From positions 479,184 through 543,183 of the forward strand of contig VMEP01000001.1 of assembly GCA_007375595.1 (NCBI GenBank): a stretch of DNA of 64,000 nt, written 5' to 3'. A program made the position numbers and the translations under genes. Of the stretch, positions 59,350 to 64,000 are shown one piece after another. A model generated the notes under the pieces. The model saw only the letters and a list, made by a program, of their open reading frames with translations. It searched no databases and had not been told where the DNA came from. How positions within the stretch are numbered: position 1 is the stretch's first letter; every line of letters begins with the position of its first letter. The stretch is from Parcubacteria group bacterium LiPW_30. Its GTDB lineage: Bacteria > Patescibacteriota > Minisyncoccia > Phycocordibacterales > VMEP01.

Positions 59350-60327
59350 ATGTCCGATAAGAAAATAATGCTTTCCGGGGTAAAACCAACAGGGGAGCCA
59401 CATATTGGCAACTATTTCGGCGCTATGCGTCAGTTTGTTCTATTGCAGGATAAATACAAAGGATTCGTTTTTGTGGCCAATTATCATGCACTAACTAATA
59501 ATCCAACAAAAGAAGAGCTTTTAAGTAACTCAAAAAATGTTATTGCGACATATCTTGCGATTGGTCTTGATCCAAAACAAACAACACTATTCTTACAATC
59601 TGATGTTCCAGAAGTTACAGAGCTTATGGCAATTTTTAATAACTTGATTACGATGCCATATCTTATGAGGGCGCACGCGTATAAAGATGCAGCAGCAAAA
59701 AATAAAGAGTTAAATGTTGGAACTTTCGAATACCCAGTTTTAATGGCTGCCGACATTTTGCTTTATGGAGCTGATGTTGTTCCTGTTGGGCAAGACCAAA
59801 AACAACACGTTGAATACGCAAGAGATATTGCAGAAAAATTCAACTATGTTTACGGAGAAACATTTAAATTACCAGAACCTTACATTTTAGATGACGTTAA
59901 AACGGTTGTTGGTACAGACGGAAGAAAAATGAGCAAGAGTTATAACAACACAATTCCACTTTTTGCAGAATATGAAGAAATAAAAAAAGCGGTGATGTCC
60001 ATTCCAACAGACTCAAAGGGCGTTGATGAGGAGAAAGACCCAGAAGTTTGTAATGTTTTTGCCTTACATAAACTATTTAGCGAAGATAGTTTACCTTTAC
60101 TTGAAGAGCGATATCGCAATGGTGGTATTGGTTATAAAGAATCTAAAGAAATTTTAGTTGAGAATATTGAAAAATTTATTGCACCTCTTCGAGAAAAGCG
60201 TAAAGAAATTATTGTGGATGACGATTTTATCATGCAAACTCTTAAAGATGGTAGGGAAGTTGCACAAAAAATTGCTCGCGAAAAAATGATCGAGGTTAGA
60301 GAAAAAGTTGGACTAATAACTACATAA
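59350..60327 (+). CDS. trpS: Tryptophan--tRNA ligase
   Basis: PTGEPHIGNY, YPVLMAADIL, VPVGQDQKQH, KMSKS. Confidence 0.97.
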   Translation: MSDKKIMLSGVKPTGEPHIGNYFGAMRQFVLLQDKYKGFVFVANYHALTNNPTKEELLSNSKNVIATYLAIGLDPKQTTLFLQSDVPEVTELMAIFNNLITMPYLMRAHAYKDAAAKNKELNVGTFEYPVLMAADILLYGADVVPVGQDQKQHVEYARDIAEKFNYVYGETFKLPEPYILDDVKTVVGTDGRKMSKSYNNTIPLFAEYEEIKKAVMSIPTDSKGVDEEKDPEVCNVFALHKLFSEDSLPLLEERYRNGGIGYKESKEILVENIEKFIAPLREKRKEIIVDDDFIMQTLKDGREVAQKIAREKMIEVREKVGLITT

Positions 60328-60329
60328 TT

Positions 60330-61718
60330 ATGAAAAGGACATACATAGACAAGCTTCGTGAACATGTTGGTGAGGAAGTTTTAATTTCTGGCTGGGTAGA
60401 CGTGCGTCGTGATCAGGGTAAGCTTGTTTTTTTTGATTTTCGCGACATGACCGGGAAGGTGCAAGGTGTTGTTTTACCAGCATCTCCTGCAATGGAAATT
60501 GCAAAAGGAATTCGCGATGAATTTGTCGTAACGGTGCGTGGAAAAATCAACGAGCGACCAGAAAAAAATAAACAAGCGGATAGATTAAATGGAGGCGTTG
60601 AGCTTGAGATTTTAGAGATAACCATTTTAAATGGAGCTGAGCCAATGCCTTTTGATATCCACTCTGATACTCGTGAAGTGAACGAGGAAGTTCGTCTTAA
60701 ATACCGCTACCTTGATTTGAGAAGTGAGCGTATGCAAAAAAACATTAGAATGCGTGACAAGATTATTTCTTTTTTCCGTGACTACATGCATAGAAATAAT
60801 TTTGTTGAAATTGAAACACCAATGCTTATGAAGGGGACACCGGAAGGAAGTCGTGAATATGTTGTTCCTTCCCGCCTACATGCGGGAAAATTTTATGTTT
60901 TACCGCAATCACCACAGCAGTTTAAGCAACTCTCAATGGTTGCCTCGTTTGAGAGATATTTCCAAATTGCTCGATGTATGCGTGACGAAGACCAACGAGG
61001 AGACCGTCAACCAGAATTTACACAACTCGACTTTGAAATGTCTTTTGTGGAAAGAGAAGATATTCTTTCTTATACCGAAGAGATGTTTATTGAACTCGTC
61101 AAAAAACTTTATCCTGAGAAAAAGATTTCTGAAACTCCTTTCCCTCGCATAACCTACAAAGAATCTATTGAAAAATATGGTAGCGATAAACCAGATTTAC
61201 GTAAAGATAAAAATGATGCAAACGAGCTTGCTTTTGCTTGGATTGTTGATTTCCCAATGTTTGAAAAAACAAAAGATGGTGAAATCCAAGCAGCGCACCA
61301 TCCTTTCTGTGCGATTAATCCAGAGGATAAGGAAAACTTTATGTCAGGTGAAGATATTTTTTCAATCAGGGCAAATTCTTACGACCTAGTTTTAAATGGT
61401 TACGAACTTTCATCTGGCTCAATTCGTATTCACCAAGAAGCTGAACAAAAACGTGTTTTTGAATTATTAAATATAAGCGAGGAAGAACAACAAAAGAAAT
61501 TTGGACACATGTTGTCAGCTTTCAAATTTGGGGCTCCTCCTCATGGAGGTTTTGCACCTGGAATAGATAGAATTGTAATGCTCCTTCAAGGAGAACCGAA
61601 TATTCGTGAAGTTATTGCGTTTCCTAAGACTGGCGAAGGAAAAGACTTAATGATGGATGCTCCAGCAGAAATCAGTGACAAGCAACTTAAAGAAGTTGGA
61701 ATCAAGATAATTAAGTAG
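60330..61718 (+). CDS. aspS: Aspartate--tRNA ligase lacking the GAD insertion
   Basis: RLKYRYLDLR, LPQSPQQFKQ, DRQPEFTQLD, HHPF, GAPPHGG. Confidence 0.95.
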   Translation: MKRTYIDKLREHVGEEVLISGWVDVRRDQGKLVFFDFRDMTGKVQGVVLPASPAMEIAKGIRDEFVVTVRGKINERPEKNKQADRLNGGVELEILEITILNGAEPMPFDIHSDTREVNEEVRLKYRYLDLRSERMQKNIRMRDKIISFFRDYMHRNNFVEIETPMLMKGTPEGSREYVVPSRLHAGKFYVLPQSPQQFKQLSMVASFERYFQIARCMRDEDQRGDRQPEFTQLDFEMSFVEREDILSYTEEMFIELVKKLYPEKKISETPFPRITYKESIEKYGSDKPDLRKDKNDANELAFAWIVDFPMFEKTKDGEIQAAHHPFCAINPEDKENFMSGEDIFSIRANSYDLVLNGYELSSGSIRIHQEAEQKRVFELLNISEEEQQKKFGHMLSAFKFGAPPHGGFAPGIDRIVMLLQGEPNIREVIAFPKTGEGKDLMMDAPAEISDKQLKEVGIKIIK

Positions 61719-61791
61719 AAAACTTCCGTTTTTTAACCCGTAAATATCCCTAAAGCCTTGAAAATGGCTGTAAAATTGGTATTATTTGACG

Positions 61792-62544
61792 ATGGTAGAA
61801 ACCTATCGTGTTAAAACTGATGCATTTGAAGGGCCGGTTGAGCTTCTCCTGTCTCTCATTGAAAAGCGTAAACTTTTTATAAACGAGGTGTCACTCGCAA
61901 GTGTTACCGATGAGTATTTAAACTTTTTAAAAGGCGCTACCGCTATTTCAATTGGAAGTATCGCAAATTTTATCGTTATTGCTTCAACTCTTCTTTTGGT
62001 TAAGTCAAAATCTTTACTCCCAGACTTTACACTAACGAGTGAAGAAGAAGAATCAATCGGGGATCTTGAAAACAGAATCAGGCTTTACAAAATAGTACGT
62101 GATATCGTTCCAACTCTACGTTCTTTATTCCTTGGAAACACAATTTTTGCTAGACCGTTTTCTAGAAACAAAGAAGTAGTTTTTTTGCCAGATGAGGCGA
62201 TGACAAAAGATAATTTACACGGAGCAATTCTTAATATAATTGAGAGATTGCCTAAAAAAAATCTAGTTCCAGAGGTTGCTGTAAAAAAGGTTATTACAAT
62301 AGAGGAGATGATTAGTAATTTAACTGATAGAATTACAGCTGGGATGTCGATGAGTTTTAAAAGGATTTCAAGCGGGGATGGTGGCAAAGAAGCACGCGTC
62401 CACATGATTGTTAGTTTTCTTGCGCTACTTGAGCTTGTTAAGCAAGGTATTTTTGAAGTTAAGCAAGCAGCGCATTTTGACGATATAATTATCGAGAAAA
62501 ATAACCCTGATACTGAAGCAGAAATAAACCCACAATATACATGA
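61792..62544 (+). CDS. scpA: Segregation and condensation protein A
   Basis: FEGPVELLLSLI, SFLALLELVK. Confidence 0.92.
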   Translation: MVETYRVKTDAFEGPVELLLSLIEKRKLFINEVSLASVTDEYLNFLKGATAISIGSIANFIVIASTLLLVKSKSLLPDFTLTSEEEESIGDLENRIRLYKIVRDIVPTLRSLFLGNTIFARPFSRNKEVVFLPDEAMTKDNLHGAILNIIERLPKKNLVPEVAVKKVITIEEMISNLTDRITAGMSMSFKRISSGDGGKEARVHMIVSFLALLELVKQGIFEVKQAAHFDDIIIEKNNPDTEAEINPQYT

Positions 62545-63131
62545 CAATAGACGCAAAAATTGAAGCAATGCTTTTTTTTAAAACCGAACCGGTGTCTTCT
62601 TTGGATTTGGCGAAAATGCTTAAAGTTTCAGAAGAAGAAATTTTAAACGGAATAAAAATACTTGAAGAAAAACTAGAAGGGCGTGGAATTTGTCTTCTCA
62701 AGAAAGGCGAATCTTTTATGCTTGGAACTGCTTCGGAGATGAGTCCCATTGTTGAAGAGTTGATAAAGGAAGAACTAAACCGCGACTTAGGAAAAGCTGG
62801 GCTTGAAACGTTGGCGATTGTTTTGTATCGTGGGCCAATATTAAAGAGCGAGATAGACTATATTCGTGGTGTAAACTCTGGTTTTATTTTACGTAACCTT
62901 TTAGTAAGGGGGCTTATTGAAAAAGAGCAGAATAAGGTTGGTCGTGGTTTTATCTATAAACCAACTTTTGATTTAATGCAGCATCTCGGTATAACAGAAG
63001 TTCAAAAATTGCCGGATTTTAACGAGATTAACGCCTCTTTGGATTCTGGAATTAAACAAGGAGACAATTCTTCCGATGAAGAAGGGGAGGTGCCTTCAGG
63101 AGAGGAAGTAAAAACACAAACAAATGGATAG
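62541..63131 (+). CDS. scpB: Segregation and condensation protein B
   Basis: IEAMLF, LETLAIVLY, IDYIRGVNS. Confidence 0.93.
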   Translation: MTIDAKIEAMLFFKTEPVSSLDLAKMLKVSEEEILNGIKILEEKLEGRGICLLKKGESFMLGTASEMSPIVEELIKEELNRDLGKAGLETLAIVLYRGPILKSEIDYIRGVNSGFILRNLLVRGLIEKEQNKVGRGFIYKPTFDLMQHLGITEVQKLPDFNEINASLDSGIKQGDNSSDEEGEVPSGEEVKTQTNG

Positions 63132-64000
63132 AATCAAAGACATTACACTTATTTTTACGCTCGGAACAATGCTTTCCGTCGGTATTTTTTCGTCGTTCGG
63201 GTTGCCAGTGTCTGACCATAAAAAACAATCTGCATCCCTACTTCTTGCTACAACCCTTAAAGAAAAACAGTTTTATTTTGAGAATATTTCTTTGGATGCA
63301 CAAGCAGCGTATGTATGGGATATAAAAAATGACAAGGTTCTTTTTGAAAAAAATTCCACCTATCAATTACCGTTGGCCTCTCTTAATAAAATTATGACGG
63401 CAGTGGTCGCGCTTGAAGGTGGCAAGGAAAATATAATTATTGGTTCATCGGATATAAAAGCGTTTGGTGACTCAGGATTAAAAACAAAAGAGGTATTTAA
63501 AAATACTGAAATTGTTAAGCTCATGCTTACATCATCATCAAACGACGCCGCTTCCGCAATTTCATCAAACTATAACGAAGTGGCGGGTAGTCAAAACTTT
63601 ATTGATTTAATGAATAATAAAGCGTTAGAACTTGGTTTGACTCAAACATACTATGTAAACGAATCTGGTTTAGATTTGTCTAAAGAATTGAGTGGGGGAT
63701 ATGGATCGGCAGAAGATATAGCAAAACTACTTTATTACAGCGTAAAAAAATATCCTGAAATCTTTTCTGCTACAACACAAAAAACGGAAGAGCTTTACTC
63801 TCTAGAGAAGAAACACGTAGTAAAAAATACTAATCCCATAGTAGAAACCATCCCAGGTATTTTAGCTTCAAAAACCGGATTTACAGATATGGCTCAAGGA
63901 AACCTAGCAATAGTTTTTAATGTTGGTTTAAATAGACTAGTCGCAGTTATCGTTTTGGGTTCAACTCAAGATGGACGTTTTGAGGACGCCCAAAAACTCA
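63124..64000 (+). CDS. D-alanyl-D-alanine carboxypeptidase (peptidase S11), runs off the window end
   Basis: Read directly from ATG 63124: ASLNK (SxxK), SSNDAA (SxN), SKTGFTD (KTG). Confidence 0.88.
   Translation, partial: MDRIKDITLIFTLGTMLSVGIFSSFGLPVSDHKKQSASLLLATTLKEKQFYFENISLDAQAAYVWDIKNDKVLFEKNSTYQLPLASLNKIMTAVVALEGGKENIIIGSSDIKAFGDSGLKTKEVFKNTEIVKLMLTSSSNDAASAISSNYNEVAGSQNFIDLMNNKALELGLTQTYYVNESGLDLSKELSGGYGSAEDIAKLLYYSVKKYPEIFSATTQKTEELYSLEKKHVVKNTNPIVETIPGILASKTGFTDMAQGNLAIVFNVGLNRLVAVIVLGSTQDGRFEDAQKL

Overview
An AT-rich bacterial chromosome segment whose gene set and style fit Patescibacteria (CPR, Parcubacteria-like); this assignment is an inference from truncated AlaRS/AspRS/UvrC/L13, few Shine-Dalgarno sites, -10 boxes just upstream of ATGs and typical conserved hypotheticals. 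Housekeeping content: eno (partial), tgt, uvrB/A/C, ddl, two mltG, ychF, leuS, mnmA, alaS, infA-rpmJ-rpsMKD-rpoA-rplQ-rplM-rpsI, grpE-dnaK-dnaJ, trpS, aspS, scpAB, a partial DD-carboxypeptidase, tRNA-Pro and tRNA-Ala. The best candidate for an undescribed system is at about 49.4-58.1 kb. There a tight operon encodes a TPR protein, a DhnA-family class I aldolase, glutamyl-tRNA reductase (HemA), an atypical tRNA-Glu and a GluRS, with no hemL/hemB in the window. It is bracketed by a 41-bp promoter/start-codon repeat. Divergent from it are an unannotated 28-aa peptide gene and an HExxH protein, and it is followed by an acyltransferase, a HAD phosphatase and a membrane sensor kinase. Other notable items: a dispersed ~90-bp structured element with compensatory base changes that sits just before promoters, an unassigned ~260-nt RNA with its own promoter and terminator, a Nudix domain inside LeuRS, and palindromic or heptamer inserts inside core genes. 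All functional assignments come from motif recognition by eye, not database searches.
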